Virus record (IMG/VR): IMGVR_UViG_3300009158_000066
Location: 1 to 52,239 of that record
Source of the DNA: a virus
Taxonomy: Duplodnaviria > Caudoviricetes
Length of the DNA stretch: 52,239 nucleotides
Reading direction: 5' to 3' (one strand)
Shown: in pieces, positions 28,391 to 39,793 of the stretch
Layout of the letters: each line of letters begins with the position of its first letter
Position numbering within the stretch: the stretch's first letter is position 1
Notes under the pieces: generated by a model
Database searches by the model: none
Told to the model about the DNA's origin: nothing
What the model saw: only the letters and a program-made list of their open reading frames with translations
Made by a program: the position numbers and the translations under genes

Positions 28391-29446
28391 ATGGCAAAGT
28401 ATGATGATTTAAATATAGCTTGCATTTCTGATATTCATCTTGGAGTACATCAGGACTCAGCTCTTTGGCACGATCAACATATTAAGCTTGCAGAATGGAT
28501 AAGAGACACGCTTAAGTCTAAGAATATAAAAAATATTATCATTGCTGGTGATATTTTTCATAATCGTCATGAAATAAGCGTGTCTACTCTACATACAGCC
28601 AAGCGATTTTTTGATATTTTAAAAGATTTTGAAATTGATGCAATTACTGGTAATCACGATTGTTATTATAGAGACAACTCTAAAATCAATTCTATTTCAG
28701 TATTAGAATCTAATAACGTTAGAATATTTGATACGTTAGTACAGAAAAATATAGGTGGTAGATCTTTTGCGTTTTGTCCATGGGGTACTGAGCTCAGTGA
28801 TATACCTAATGTCGATGTAGTTGTTGGTCATTTTGAATTGTTAAACTTTAAAATGAATACCAATATGCATTGTGATCATGGCTGGGATGGATTAAGCCTT
28901 CTAGATAAATGTCATACTGTTTTAACTGGGCATTTTCACTTACGTCAGGAAAGAGTATATAAAGACAGTAAAGCGGTTATATACCTTGGTTCACCTCTTG
29001 AGCTTGATTGGGGAGATAGAGACGGTCAAAAAGGTATAACTATAATCAACACCAGAAAGCTTGAAACAACGCTTATAGAAAACACTGTATCATCAAAGCA
29101 TGTTAAGGTAAGTATATCTGAACTACAAAATGGAACAGTAGCTTTGAAAGCTCTTAAAGGTTCACTACATTCAAATTATGTAAAGATTATTGTAGATGTT
29201 AAATTTGACGGAGCTAATGTAGATGCTTTATTAACAAAGTTTAACTCGTATCAGCCTCTACAATTAAAAGTTGATTATGATGTACCTAGTGATATTACTG
29301 TTGTAGGTGAGCTTGAAGAAACAAGATTAATATCAATTGAAGATACATTGAAAGAATATATAGATTTACTAGAAGTACAAATTTCAAAGAAACATGTTTT
29401 TGATAAATGTGTAGAATACTACAAAACATTTCAAACTATTAACTAA
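28391..29446 (+). CDS. gp47: Recombination endonuclease subunit gp47 (Mre11/SbcD-like)
   Basis: SDIHLG, GDIFH, GNHD, GHFH metallophosphoesterase motifs. Confidence 0.95.
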   Translation: MAKYDDLNIACISDIHLGVHQDSALWHDQHIKLAEWIRDTLKSKNIKNIIIAGDIFHNRHEISVSTLHTAKRFFDILKDFEIDAITGNHDCYYRDNSKINSISVLESNNVRIFDTLVQKNIGGRSFAFCPWGTELSDIPNVDVVVGHFELLNFKMNTNMHCDHGWDGLSLLDKCHTVLTGHFHLRQERVYKDSKAVIYLGSPLELDWGDRDGQKGITIINTRKLETTLIENTVSSKHVKVSISELQNGTVALKALKGSLHSNYVKIIVDVKFDGANVDALLTKFNSYQPLQLKVDYDVPSDITVVGELEETRLISIEDTLKEYIDLLEVQISKKHVFDKCVEYYKTFQTIN

Positions 29447-29450
29447 TAAT

Positions 29451-31259
29451 ATGAAGCAAATTATTTTAAAAAATATAAAGATAGAAAATTTTCTATCTGT
29501 TGGTAGTAATGCTCTTGAACTACCTCTAGATAATAATGTAAATATTATTACTGGTAGAAACTATGATAAAGAAGATAGTAAGAATGGTGTAGGTAAATCT
29601 ACTATAACTGATGCAGTGCACTTTGCTTTGTACGGTACACCTCTTAGAGATATTTCAAAAGAACAAACTGTAAATCATACCACAGGTAAAAATTGCAAAG
29701 TAGAATTGTCTTTTGTAGTAAAGACAGAATGTACTCAAGATGAGTATGTGATTGTAAGAAGTATATCACCTACAAAGTGTTCTATTTACAAAAATAAAGA
29801 AAACGTAACTCTGTCAACCATGGCAAAGTCTACTGAGTATCTACAAGATCTTATAAATTGTAGTAGTAAAGTATTTCAAAATTCGGTAGTAATGTCAATT
29901 AATAATACTGTGCCGTTTATGGCGCAGAGTAAAGTTGATAAAAGAAAGTATATTGAAAACATGCTTCAATTAGAAGTTTTTTCTCAAATGCTTTTAAGAG
30001 CTAGAGAAGATTATAATGAATTAAAACATGGTTATGATTTAGCTAGATCTAAGCATACTAATAATCTTAATATGTTTTCTAATATTGAAAAGCAGATTAA
30101 TATTTTTGATATTGAAAAACAAGACAGTATTGCAAAGATTGAATCATCACTTGATGAAAAAAATAAAACTCTTGTAGAGTTAGAAAGTAGTCTATTAAAG
30201 TTAGGTAAGACGTCTGTTACTGTTCAAGATTTTACAGAAGATATTAAAAAAATTGAAGATAAGTGTGTTAAATTAAACGCTAAACGTAAAGAGCTAATAG
30301 AAAAGAAAGCACAAACACTTACAGAGAAAAAAATCTTAAAAGAACAATTAAAGCAATTACTTGACTCTACTAAACCGTGCCCTACATGCAAGAGAGCTTT
30401 TGATGTAGATAGTAATTGTGATCATCTAACAGAAAATTTAAAAACTCAAATTAATAATATTGATGAAACAGCTTTTAACGGGAAGTTAGAAGAACTTGAC
30501 GAACTATACGACAAACTTCGAACTGGTTTGAAGAGTATAGAAACAAAACAGAACGACAATAGAAACAGTGTATCTACATTTCAACGAGCTGAGGTAGTAT
30601 TAACTACAAAAATTGAAAATGTAAAAGAGTATATAACAGATTTAAATTTAAGTTTAAAGCAAAAACAATCTGATACAAACACGTTACTAAATGAACAAAA
30701 AGAACAAATACAAAAAGACATAAACTTATCTGAGATAGATGTCAATAATATTGAAAGTGAACTTAAAATACTAGATTGTGTAAAGTATGTCCTTTCTGAA
30801 GAAGGTGTAAAGTCATTTCTTATCAAGAAAATATTGAAAGTATTAAACAGTAAGATCAATTTTTATCTATCTCATTTACAAGCTCCTGTAAAGTGTGAGT
30901 TTAATGAATTTTTTGAAGAGTGTATTACAGATGAGAAGAAGAATGAATGCTCATATTTTAATTTTTCAGGTGGGGAGAGAAAGCGTATAGACCTAGCGTG
31001 TTTATTTGCGTTTATGGACATGAAAAGACTGCAAGGTGAAACAGTGTTTAATACTACGTTCTATGATGAATTGTTAGACTCATCGCTTGATGATAAAGGT
31101 GTAGAACTCGTCTTGGACCTACTTGTTCAACGTAATAAAGACTTTGGTGAAGGTAGTTATATAATAACACATCGAGGTCAGTCATTATTAAATCGTGTAG
31201 ACAAGATTATTAATCTTGAAAAACGTAACGGTGCAACCTATTTATTACAAGATATCTAA
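29451..31259 (+). CDS. gp46: Recombination ATPase gp46 (Rad50/SbcC-like)
   Basis: NGVGKST, CPTC zinc hook, FSGGE signature, YDELLD, ITH. Confidence 0.95.
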   Translation: MKQIILKNIKIENFLSVGSNALELPLDNNVNIITGRNYDKEDSKNGVGKSTITDAVHFALYGTPLRDISKEQTVNHTTGKNCKVELSFVVKTECTQDEYVIVRSISPTKCSIYKNKENVTLSTMAKSTEYLQDLINCSSKVFQNSVVMSINNTVPFMAQSKVDKRKYIENMLQLEVFSQMLLRAREDYNELKHGYDLARSKHTNNLNMFSNIEKQINIFDIEKQDSIAKIESSLDEKNKTLVELESSLLKLGKTSVTVQDFTEDIKKIEDKCVKLNAKRKELIEKKAQTLTEKKILKEQLKQLLDSTKPCPTCKRAFDVDSNCDHLTENLKTQINNIDETAFNGKLEELDELYDKLRTGLKSIETKQNDNRNSVSTFQRAEVVLTTKIENVKEYITDLNLSLKQKQSDTNTLLNEQKEQIQKDINLSEIDVNNIESELKILDCVKYVLSEEGVKSFLIKKILKVLNSKINFYLSHLQAPVKCEFNEFFEECITDEKKNECSYFNFSGGERKRIDLACLFAFMDMKRLQGETVFNTTFYDELLDSSLDDKGVELVLDLLVQRNKDFGEGSYIITHRGQSLLNRVDKIINLEKRNGATYLLQDI

Positions 31260-31265
31260 ATAAAT

Positions 31266-32504
31266 ATGGAATATAAAGCTCACGAGTATAATGTAAGGAA
31301 CGTTATTGGTGCACCAATAGGTTTACCATTGAATATACCATCATCAATGTTGCTAGCGCCTGATTTTGCAGGAAATCAAAAAAAGAAATCTGATATTACG
31401 GATGTTCCAGGTGCTAAATTACCACGAGCTATAAATTACCTTGCTGATTACGGTGGTTGTGCTCTTTGGAGATGTTTAGGACCTAACTTTGTTATAAATT
31501 TATATGAAAAAGGTGTAGTGCATGAACTCACACAAATGGTTTTGGATGAGAGGTTTTATCATGGTATAAAAGCTGTTAAACTTCAACGTCAAGCAACACC
31601 TATACAGCTTCAATTTGCACAACAACTTAAAAAGTTAAGTGAAAAGATGGGGTTTAAAATAATATATGAAGTTGATGATATCGTCTTAGGTGAAGATATA
31701 CCTCTTTATAATAAAAATAAAGGTGCGTTTATGCCTACAGAAATACGCAATAGCATTATTGAGATAATGCAACTTGCAGATGAGATTACAGTTCCATCAG
31801 AGTTTATGAGAGATTATTATATCTCTAAGACAGGCAATACAAAAGCTACTTATATACCAAATTATCTTTTCAGGTGGTGGTGGGATAGATATTACAATCT
31901 TGGTGATAGAGTCAAGTTGTATGAAAGGAATAAAAAGAAACCAGTTATTGCAGTCTTTGCTTCCGGTACACATGTTGATGTAACCGGTAGAGCTAATTTT
32001 GTCGATGACTTTTCACCGGTAGTGCAGCAAATAATACACACCCGTACAATGTATAAGTGGGTGTTTTACGGGTCGTTTCCGTTTCAGGTTAAACCTTTCA
32101 TTGAAAAAGGTGAGATGGAATTTAGACCATGGACAAAATTGCCGGATTATGCTCGTGCTGTAGCTGAATCTGGCGCTCAGCTTACGTTTGCAGCATTATT
32201 AGATAATAATTTCAATAATGCTAAGAGTAATATTAAATTGACAGAAGCTGGGGCAGTTGGTATACCATGCGTATGCCCTGATCTTGCCCCATATAAAGAA
32301 GCCCTCTTGAAATACAAGACAGGTGATGAATTTATTGACTCAATAAAATGGGCTTTAAAAGATCAAACACGTTACGCAGATATATGCAAAAAATCTAGAG
32401 CTCATGCAGAAACATACTGGCTTGAGAGTGAATGTAATATAGAAAAAACGGTTGAGGCTTATTTTACCCCGTTTGGAAGCAAGGAACGTAAATATCTTAT
32501 CTAA
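31266..32504 (+). CDS. Glycosyltransferase, GT-B fold
   Basis: [45 protein letters not shown] (phage GT-B pattern). Confidence 0.8.
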   Translation: MEYKAHEYNVRNVIGAPIGLPLNIPSSMLLAPDFAGNQKKKSDITDVPGAKLPRAINYLADYGGCALWRCLGPNFVINLYEKGVVHELTQMVLDERFYHGIKAVKLQRQATPIQLQFAQQLKKLSEKMGFKIIYEVDDIVLGEDIPLYNKNKGAFMPTEIRNSIIEIMQLADEITVPSEFMRDYYISKTGNTKATYIPNYLFRWWWDRYYNLGDRVKLYERNKKKPVIAVFASGTHVDVTGRANFVDDFSPVVQQIIHTRTMYKWVFYGSFPFQVKPFIEKGEMEFRPWTKLPDYARAVAESGAQLTFAALLDNNFNNAKSNIKLTEAGAVGIPCVCPDLAPYKEALLKYKTGDEFIDSIKWALKDQTRYADICKKSRAHAETYWLESECNIEKTVEAYFTPFGSKERKYLI

Positions 32505-33535
32505 TGAAAACAGCAGTAATAACAGGCATTACAGGTCAGGATGGGTCGTATCTAACAGAACAGTTACTTGAAAAAGGTTACGCTGTTCACGGTATGATGC
32601 GTAGATCATCATCATTTAATACACACCGTATTGAACATATTTACTCGCATGAGAATTTAAAATTACATTACGGTGATTTGACTGATACAGGTAGTATATA
32701 TTCTTTATTAGAGCTTATTGAGCCTGATGAAATATACAACCTGGCAGCGCAAAGTCACGTTAAAGTATCTTTTGATATACCAGAATATACCGCACAAGTA
32801 GATGCGGTAGGCACATTGAGATTTTTAGATGCAATACGTAAAGTTGGTTTAGAAAAGAAAACAAGATTTTATCAAGCATCTACCAGTGAGCTTTATGGTA
32901 AAGTGCAGGAGACCCCTCAGACTGAAAAAACACCATTTTATCCAAGATCTCCATATGGTGTAGCAAAAATGTTTAGTTACTGGAGTATTGTAAATCATAG
33001 AGAAGCTTACGGTCTTCATGCCTCTAACGGCATTCTATTTAATCATGAATCCCCAAGGCGAGGTGAAACGTTTGTTAGTAGAAAAATAACACGTGCAGCG
33101 ACTAGAATTGCAGTAGGATCACAATCTGTACTAAAGTTGGGTAATCTAGACGCTAAGCGTGATTGGGGATACGCTCCTGAATATACAGATATGATGTGGC
33201 GTATTCTACAGCAAGAAACTCCCGATGATTATGTTTGTGCTACAGGCGTGACTACTACAGTTAGAGATTTTTGCAAGTATGTATTTGATAGTCTTGGTGT
33301 TGAGATTGCGTTTAAAGGTACAGGGGTTGAAGAGGTTGGCTTCGACGTTAAGACAAACAAGACTTTAATAGAAATAGATCCTAGTTATTTTAGACCTACA
33401 GAAGTAGATCTTCTTTTAGGAGATTATACAAAGGCAAAAACAACATTAAATTGGCAACCAACAGTAAACGTAAGAGAACTTGCAAGTATAATGGTTGAGA
33501 GTGACCTCAAGCTAGCTAATAAAGAGAAAAATTAA
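32504..33535 (+). CDS. gmd: GDP-mannose 4,6-dehydratase
   Basis: [49 protein letters not shown]. Confidence 0.98.
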   Translation: MKTAVITGITGQDGSYLTEQLLEKGYAVHGMMRRSSSFNTHRIEHIYSHENLKLHYGDLTDTGSIYSLLELIEPDEIYNLAAQSHVKVSFDIPEYTAQVDAVGTLRFLDAIRKVGLEKKTRFYQASTSELYGKVQETPQTEKTPFYPRSPYGVAKMFSYWSIVNHREAYGLHASNGILFNHESPRRGETFVSRKITRAATRIAVGSQSVLKLGNLDAKRDWGYAPEYTDMMWRILQQETPDDYVCATGVTTTVRDFCKYVFDSLGVEIAFKGTGVEEVGFDVKTNKTLIEIDPSYFRPTEVDLLLGDYTKAKTTLNWQPTVNVRELASIMVESDLKLANKEKN

Positions 33536-33536
33536 T

Positions 33537-34457
33537 ATGAAAACAGTATACGTTGCAGGGCATACAGGAATGGTTGGTTCAGCAATATGCAAACGTCTTG
33601 AGCAAGATGGTGTTATTGTTTTAAAAAAAACAAGTAAAGAACTTGATCTTCGAGATCAACTTTCTACAAATACCTGGTTGCAAGAATCAAAACCTGATGC
33701 AGTAATTATAGCTGCAGCTAAGGTTGGAGGTATACATGCAAATAATACTTACCCTGCAGAGTTCATATATGATAATTTAACTATAGCTTCTAACTTAATA
33801 CACTCTTCTTATAAAGTAGGTGTTAAGAAATTAATATTTTTAGGTAGTTCTTGTATTTACCCTAAATTTGCAGAACAACCTATCCAAGAAAGTTCATTAT
33901 TAACATCACCTCTTGAACCTACAAATGAAGCTTATGCAATTGCCAAGATTGCAGCTCTTAAACTATGTCAGTACTACAGAAAGCAATATGGTGTAGATTA
34001 TCATAGTGTAATGCCTTGTAATCTTTTCGGTGAAGGTGATAATTATCACCCAGATAACAGCCATGTGTTACCGGGGTTGATTAGAAGGTTTCATGAAGCT
34101 AAAATTGACAACAAACAAGATGTAATAATGTGGGGCACCGGTACACCGTTGAGAGAGTTTCTATTTGCTGATGATCTTGCAAAAATAATAGTCAAACTTT
34201 TAGCAAAAACAGATTTGCCTGATTGGTTAAATATTGGTTCTGATGATGAGTACACCATTAGAGAGCTTGCAGAGATGGTCAAGAACGTCGTAGGGTTTGC
34301 AGGAGATATAATTTTAGATTCTACAAAGCCAGACGGTACACCGAGAAAGAAGATGGATAACACTTTACTTAAAAACATTGTAGATGTTGAGTATACAGAG
34401 TTCACGAAAGGTTTAGAGCTTGCTTATAAAGATTTTCTACGTAGATATACTAAGTAG
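33537..34457 (+). CDS. fcl: GDP-L-fucose synthase
   Basis: GHTGMVGSA, AAKVGGIHAN, LGSSCIYPK, YAIAK, SHVLP, WGTGTPLREF, KPDGTPRK. Confidence 0.97.
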   Translation: MKTVYVAGHTGMVGSAICKRLEQDGVIVLKKTSKELDLRDQLSTNTWLQESKPDAVIIAAAKVGGIHANNTYPAEFIYDNLTIASNLIHSSYKVGVKKLIFLGSSCIYPKFAEQPIQESSLLTSPLEPTNEAYAIAKIAALKLCQYYRKQYGVDYHSVMPCNLFGEGDNYHPDNSHVLPGLIRRFHEAKIDNKQDVIMWGTGTPLREFLFADDLAKIIVKLLAKTDLPDWLNIGSDDEYTIRELAEMVKNVVGFAGDIILDSTKPDGTPRKKMDNTLLKNIVDVEYTEFTKGLELAYKDFLRRYTK

Positions 34458-34475
34458 AGCTCGTATAATATATGC

Positions 34476-37028
34476 ATGTATCGAAACGCATTTTACGATA
34501 ATAAAGAAGGAACAATAAGACTTCGAACTTGGACAGAAGATGGTAAGCGTATTGATACAGACGTGCCGTTTAGTCCGTTTTTGTATACAGAATCAGCAAC
34601 ACCTGCTGACGCAACTAGTATTTTTCGTACTCACTTAAAGCGTAGAGTTTTTAAGAATAACATGGAGCGTAGTAAATTTGTAAAAGAAACTTCTACGAGC
34701 CGTTTGTTCGGTAATATGTCTTGCGAGCAGCAGTTTTTACTTGAAGCGTTTAAAGAACAGGTAGGTGGTAAAGACTTTAGTAAATACCCATTAAAGATAT
34801 ATTCGTTCGATATTGAAACGTACTCCCCTAATGAGTTTCCAATACCTGAGTTAGCTAAAGACCCTGTAATACTAATTACAATACATAATAATCTAACTGA
34901 TGAAATTTTTAGCTGGGGTGTTGAAAAAGAATATAAACCTAAGAATGAACACGTAAAGTATTATTGCTGTCGTACAGAGTTTGAGATGTTTGAAAAGTTT
35001 ATGAATTTCTGGAAGATAGACCCTCCAGATATTTTAGTAGGGTGGAACTCTGAACGATTTGATATTCCATATATTATAAATAGAGCTCGTGGGTTGCTGG
35101 GTGATGAATTTATAAATCAACTTTCACCTGTTGGAAAATTATACTATAAACCTATTATGGATAATTTTGGTAGAAATACAGGAAAATGGATTATATATGG
35201 TTTGAGTTGTCTTGACTATATGGAGATATATAGAGCGTATGCAAAAGGTGAACGTGAATCTTATTCTCTTAACTATATCGGTGAGTATGAATTAAAGGAA
35301 GGTAAATTAGCAATCAATGCTACAAATCTCTCTAACCTTGCTAATGAAGATTGGGAAAATTTTGTAGACTACAATATTCAAGATGTACAGCTTCTTGTAA
35401 AACTAGAAGCAAAATTAAACTATCTTCGAATTGTACGCCTACTTGCGTATAAGGGTTGCACTAACTTTGAAGCAGCATTAGGTAAGATTGCTATTGTAAC
35501 AGGTGCAATGTATCTTCAGGCATACAAGCAGGGGTATGTTATACCCACCTTTAAAAATGAAGAGATTAGAGATACACTCGTTGGTGGTTATGTTAGAGAG
35601 CCAGAACGCGGTCTCAAAAAAAGTATAGTAAGTTATGACGTTAACTCACTATACCCAAACACAATTATAACTTTAAACATATCTGCAGAAACAAAGTTAG
35701 GTAAAATTGTGATTGGTGAATATGGTGTAGACGACAAACTGACAATTAGATTAGTAAACGGTAAGATACATGAGTTAACAGAAAAACAGTTTAAAGCTTT
35801 TATTAAAAAAGAAAAGATCTCAGTATCAAAAGCGGGGGTATTATATTCTCAAAAATATAAAGGTGTATGTCCGAATCTAATTGACACTCTTTATACTGAA
35901 CGTGTTGAAGCTCAAAAACAAAAGTTAACTCTTGAAAAGAAGAAAAAGTTAAATGAAGAAGAAAAAGCTACTGTAGAATATCTTGACACTCTACAGTATA
36001 CGATTAAGATTCTACTCAATTCAATTTATGGTACTTTTGCAAACAAATATAGTGCGTTTATGGATATTGACAACGCGTCGTCAATCACAAAAACAGGTCA
36101 AGCGGTAGCGAAAGAAGGAGCTAAGATACTAGACCAATTTATTCAAAAAACATATGGTGTAGAGTCTTCTTGTGTTATTGCAGGGGATACAGACAGTGTA
36201 TACATTACTATACAGCCAATTTTAGATAAATTAGAACTGCCGCTAGCTGTAGATAATTTAATAACAAAAAAAGTACATACAATTGTTGATGAAATTACAG
36301 AGGTAGTAAATAGGGAAATTAATAGTTGGGCTGGTACAGAATTAAATTCAAGCGATTCACGTTTTGTTTTCAAGAGAGAGGTAATTGCAGATGTAGGTAC
36401 ATTTTTGCAGAAAAAAAGATATATAATTCGTATCTTAGATAAGGAAGGGGTAGCAGTTGAAGGTGGTAAATTTAAGTATGTAGGTGTTGAGATAGCCAGA
36501 AGCACTATGCCTAAAAAAGTTAAAGAGATTGTTAAAGAAGTTTTAGAAAACGCTCTCTTGACTAACGACATTAAAGGTACCAATGACATTTATCGTCATG
36601 CATACGACACATTTATCTCATTACCGCTTGCAGAAGTAGCTTTTAGAAGTAGTATTCAGAATTACAATAAATACGCTGAAGGTGCTACCTTAGATAAATT
36701 TAACAAAGGTACACCATGTCACGTGAAAGCTAGTATAGCGTTTAATCTACTTTTAGAGAAGTTTAAATTGTCTGGTAAGTATGAAAAAATACAGTCAGGT
36801 CAAAAAGTAAAGTACTTCTACACAGCCAACAACCCCTATAGACTTGACGCTATTGCTTTTGTAACAGATTACCCAAAAGAATTTGAAAAGGTCAAGATTG
36901 ACTATGAGAAAATGTTTTTAAAAATTGCAGCTCCTCCGGTAGAGCGTTTATATGAAGCTTTAGATTGGAGACTACCTCAAATTGGTAAAGAAGTACAAAC
37001 TGATTTATTTGATCTATTCTGTATATAG
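34476..37028 (+). CDS. gp43: Family B DNA polymerase, gp43-like
   Basis: Exo I DIET, Exo II NSERFDIPY, Exo III YNIQD; SYDVNSLYP, KILLNSIYG, GDTDS, KKRY. Confidence 0.98.
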   Translation: MYRNAFYDNKEGTIRLRTWTEDGKRIDTDVPFSPFLYTESATPADATSIFRTHLKRRVFKNNMERSKFVKETSTSRLFGNMSCEQQFLLEAFKEQVGGKDFSKYPLKIYSFDIETYSPNEFPIPELAKDPVILITIHNNLTDEIFSWGVEKEYKPKNEHVKYYCCRTEFEMFEKFMNFWKIDPPDILVGWNSERFDIPYIINRARGLLGDEFINQLSPVGKLYYKPIMDNFGRNTGKWIIYGLSCLDYMEIYRAYAKGERESYSLNYIGEYELKEGKLAINATNLSNLANEDWENFVDYNIQDVQLLVKLEAKLNYLRIVRLLAYKGCTNFEAALGKIAIVTGAMYLQAYKQGYVIPTFKNEEIRDTLVGGYVREPERGLKKSIVSYDVNSLYPNTIITLNISAETKLGKIVIGEYGVDDKLTIRLVNGKIHELTEKQFKAFIKKEKISVSKAGVLYSQKYKGVCPNLIDTLYTERVEAQKQKLTLEKKKKLNEEEKATVEYLDTLQYTIKILLNSIYGTFANKYSAFMDIDNASSITKTGQAVAKEGAKILDQFIQKTYGVESSCVIAGDTDSVYITIQPILDKLELPLAVDNLITKKVHTIVDEITEVVNREINSWAGTELNSSDSRFVFKREVIADVGTFLQKKRYIIRILDKEGVAVEGGKFKYVGVEIARSTMPKKVKEIVKEVLENALLTNDIKGTNDIYRHAYDTFISLPLAEVAFRSSIQNYNKYAEGATLDKFNKGTPCHVKASIAFNLLLEKFKLSGKYEKIQSGQKVKYFYTANNPYRLDAIAFVTDYPKEFEKVKIDYEKMFLKIAAPPVERLYEALDWRLPQIGKEVQTDLFDLFCI

Positions 37029-37053
37029 ATCAAATAAATATCTTTTATAAGAT

Positions 37054-38730
37054 ATGCAAGACCTTTTACCGGAATATAAAACTGAATCAGGTTACATTTA
37101 CTTTACAATAACAAATGCAGGGTACATACAATTTGTTCTTAATTTCTGTAAAAGAAATAAAGAATTAAACACACTTAAAAAATTAATAATAGTTTGCACA
37201 GATAAAGAATCCTACAACCAACTAACCTACCTCGTTGATTGTATATGTGTATATTTTCCGTGCTTTATATCTAAAACTCTTGAATCCTGGCATACAACAA
37301 ACTATAAAGATATTGTTTTTAAGAAGCTAGATATCACAAAATGGGTTCTTCAATGGGCACAGTTAAACGATGTTAAACGTGTCGTGTACCTTGATACTGA
37401 TATGTGGTTGTATAAAGATTTTGTACCTGATCTTGAAAATTTTGTAGATAAAACATACGATATCGTAGATGTTATAATGCAAGATGGTGAAAATTATGCT
37501 GATGAACCTTTTGAACCTACATACACAATAACACCGACAACAAGTACGCTTGAGGTTAAGAAATACTGCACACGTCTATGTACAGGTCTAATGATACTAA
37601 AACCTAATAATACTGTTACAGATATGCTTGACTATAAGAGCAATAGACTTGTAGATTGGTCTAAGTACGTAGGTAATCAACCATTTTTAAATGACACTAT
37701 TGATGCTTATCAAATTACGGCAATAGCTCTACCAAGACGTCTAGCAATAAATGGTAGCATATTCAACACTAGCGATATAGCAAGTAGTAAGGATAAACTT
37801 GAACTCGAACTAAATAAACTGAAGTGTAGTGATACATGGTTATTACATTACACATATTCTATTGGTGTTGCAAAAATAGAAATGATGTCTTTATTAGGTC
37901 ACTGGGCTCTGTCTACTGCTGAAACTCAAGCTTTTTTAGGTAAAAGTACAGGTCGTCCAGATCTATATGTAAGATGCCCTGACGGATTTGCAAATCAGCT
38001 GAGAATTCTACTTGCAGGAGTTTATCTAATGCAAACTAATAGTATAAACAGCTTTACAATTGAATGGGTGTTAAACAATCATAATAATGTAAATTTTTTA
38101 GATTATTTTGAAAAACCACCAGGTGTTGTTATAAAAGATATTGATAGTAGTATTGACGATGAAAAAATTATTAAAACTTGTAGTTTTGAATACTTAATTA
38201 ACAAATACGCTAAACGAGGCACGCTATGGAATACAGCACTTAGTGTAGCTTTAAAGTATTTAATTATAAAAAGAGATGTACAACTAGAAGTTGATAGTTT
38301 CGTTAAACAAAACAAGATCAATGAATCCCTTGGTGTTCACGCAAGACGTACATGCAAGACAGCTCTACTAGAAGGTGTACACGATAGAAGTTTACCTCTT
38401 ACAAACACTGAAATTCTATCCATCTGTAGATCGTTTACAAAAGTGTATGTCGCAACAGATAATAAAGAAACACAAGACTACTTCATCAAGGAATTAAACG
38501 AATCCGTTGTAGTATACAAGCCTATCATACATGGAGCGGAGCATTTTCCGTATGATGAATATAGTAGAGATGGTGTACAGAGATACACAGACGGTAAGCA
38601 CAATATAATGGACTTCTTATCACTAAAACAGTGTAGAACTTTTTTAGGTAGCAATGAAAGTGCTTATTCGTTACTATTATTTCATTGGAGAAAAAATAGT
38701 AACGACTACCATGTCTTTGGTAAACTATAA
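37054..38730 (+). CDS. Two-domain glycosyltransferase: GT-A (GT77-like) N-terminus plus fucosyltransferase-like C-terminus
   Basis: N-terminal VYLDTD (DxD), CTGLM, NQPFLN, LHY; C-terminal DGFANQLR, GVHARRT, VYVATDN, D...L..C..FLGSNESAYS (motifs shared by GT11/GT23/O-fucosyltransferases). Confidence 0.8.
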   Translation: MQDLLPEYKTESGYIYFTITNAGYIQFVLNFCKRNKELNTLKKLIIVCTDKESYNQLTYLVDCICVYFPCFISKTLESWHTTNYKDIVFKKLDITKWVLQWAQLNDVKRVVYLDTDMWLYKDFVPDLENFVDKTYDIVDVIMQDGENYADEPFEPTYTITPTTSTLEVKKYCTRLCTGLMILKPNNTVTDMLDYKSNRLVDWSKYVGNQPFLNDTIDAYQITAIALPRRLAINGSIFNTSDIASSKDKLELELNKLKCSDTWLLHYTYSIGVAKIEMMSLLGHWALSTAETQAFLGKSTGRPDLYVRCPDGFANQLRILLAGVYLMQTNSINSFTIEWVLNNHNNVNFLDYFEKPPGVVIKDIDSSIDDEKIIKTCSFEYLINKYAKRGTLWNTALSVALKYLIIKRDVQLEVDSFVKQNKINESLGVHARRTCKTALLEGVHDRSLPLTNTEILSICRSFTKVYVATDNKETQDYFIKELNESVVVYKPIIHGAEHFPYDEYSRDGVQRYTDGKHNIMDFLSLKQCRTFLGSNESAYSLLLFHWRKNSNDYHVFGKL

Positions 38731-38898
38731 AAGTAAAAAAGTGTCAACGGTGTATGTTTCAAGCTGAGCTATTGTACATCTATATTTTTCTTCAGATGTT
38801 ATTAAGAGTTTAGTCTTTGCTTTACACTCATCTTTTGTCTCAGAAATTGTACTCCAGAGATATTTACAATCTATTTTAGATACATACATTATTTTCAT
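38725..38898 (-). CDS. Possible small protein (57 aa)
   Basis: Manual translation MKIMYVSKIDCKYLWSTISETKDECKAK...; fills the intergenic gap; no other support. Confidence 0.3.
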   Translation of the reverse strand: MKIMYVSKIDCKYLWSTISETKDECKAKTKLLITSEEKYRCTIAQLETYTVDTFLLL

Positions 38899-38927
38899 TT
38901 GAAAAAAAATTAAAAGTGAGGTATAAT
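38899..38927 (+). promoter_or_regulatory. Sigma70-like early promoter
   Basis: TTGAAA-N17-TATAAT ending 7 nt before the ATG at 38935. Confidence 0.7.
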
Positions 38928-38934
38928 TCTACTT

Positions 38935-39789
38935 ATGCTAGTAAGTCACGAAACACCTGTAGACATGTTGGATGTATCAAGATACTACAATGACTATGAT
39001 TATTGTCTTGTTCATCTTTTACCGGAAAACGAAAAATACAAAGATTTTTATATTGAATCTGTTAAGTTAGGTAGACATGTTCTACTTGACAATTCAATTT
39101 TTGAATTAGGAGAAGCATATGATAACACAAAATTTGCGCAGTGGGTTGTAGATCTAACCCCGACTGAGTACATTGTACCAGATGTTCTTGAAGAGACTCA
39201 TCAAACAATTAGTTCTTTTGTAAGCTTTACAGGGACATATAAAGACTTACCAGGCAAAAAGATTGGCGTTGTACAAGGAAAGACTTATGAAGAAATAGTT
39301 GAGTGTTATAAATTTCTTGCAGACAAAGTAGATAAAATTGCTATAAGTTTTGACTATAGCTTTTATCTCAATAGTAAAGAAGAAAACAACAATTATAAAA
39401 AATTTATTGTATCAGAATTAAATATTAGAGAAGATCTTATTGATAATAAATGGTGCGATTACGCTATTGGTAGAATTCAGCTTTTAAATAGATTGATAGG
39501 GGATGGTATTTTTGTTGAGAAACCTCATCACTTATTAGGGTGTAGTGTACCTTGGGAATTTAAAGCTATTAATAATACACTTGATAGCTTTTATTTAAAG
39601 TGTATTGAAACTATAGACACATCAAACCCTATAGTAGCAGGTATATTAGAGCATCCGTATAACATTAACTACGGTCTTTGTGAGAAGTGGTCTTATAAGT
39701 TAGTAGACTTTATTAATCATGTTCCGCATATCAAGCAAAAACAAATAATACAAAACAACGTATGGATGTTTAAGAATTTCTGTCGTTAA
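38935..39789 (+). CDS. TGT/DpdA-like TIM-barrel protein (7-deazaguanine insertion or nucleotide-forming enzyme)
   Basis: LLDNSIFE (cf. DSG.F), VPDV, GVVQG, HHLLG, IDTSNP follow the TGT/DpdA motif order; heads an operon containing queF. Confidence 0.7.
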   Translation: MLVSHETPVDMLDVSRYYNDYDYCLVHLLPENEKYKDFYIESVKLGRHVLLDNSIFELGEAYDNTKFAQWVVDLTPTEYIVPDVLEETHQTISSFVSFTGTYKDLPGKKIGVVQGKTYEEIVECYKFLADKVDKIAISFDYSFYLNSKEENNNYKKFIVSELNIREDLIDNKWCDYAIGRIQLLNRLIGDGIFVEKPHHLLGCSVPWEFKAINNTLDSFYLKCIETIDTSNPIVAGILEHPYNINYGLCEKWSYKLVDFINHVPHIKQKQIIQNNVWMFKNFCR

Positions 39790-39793
39790 TTTT

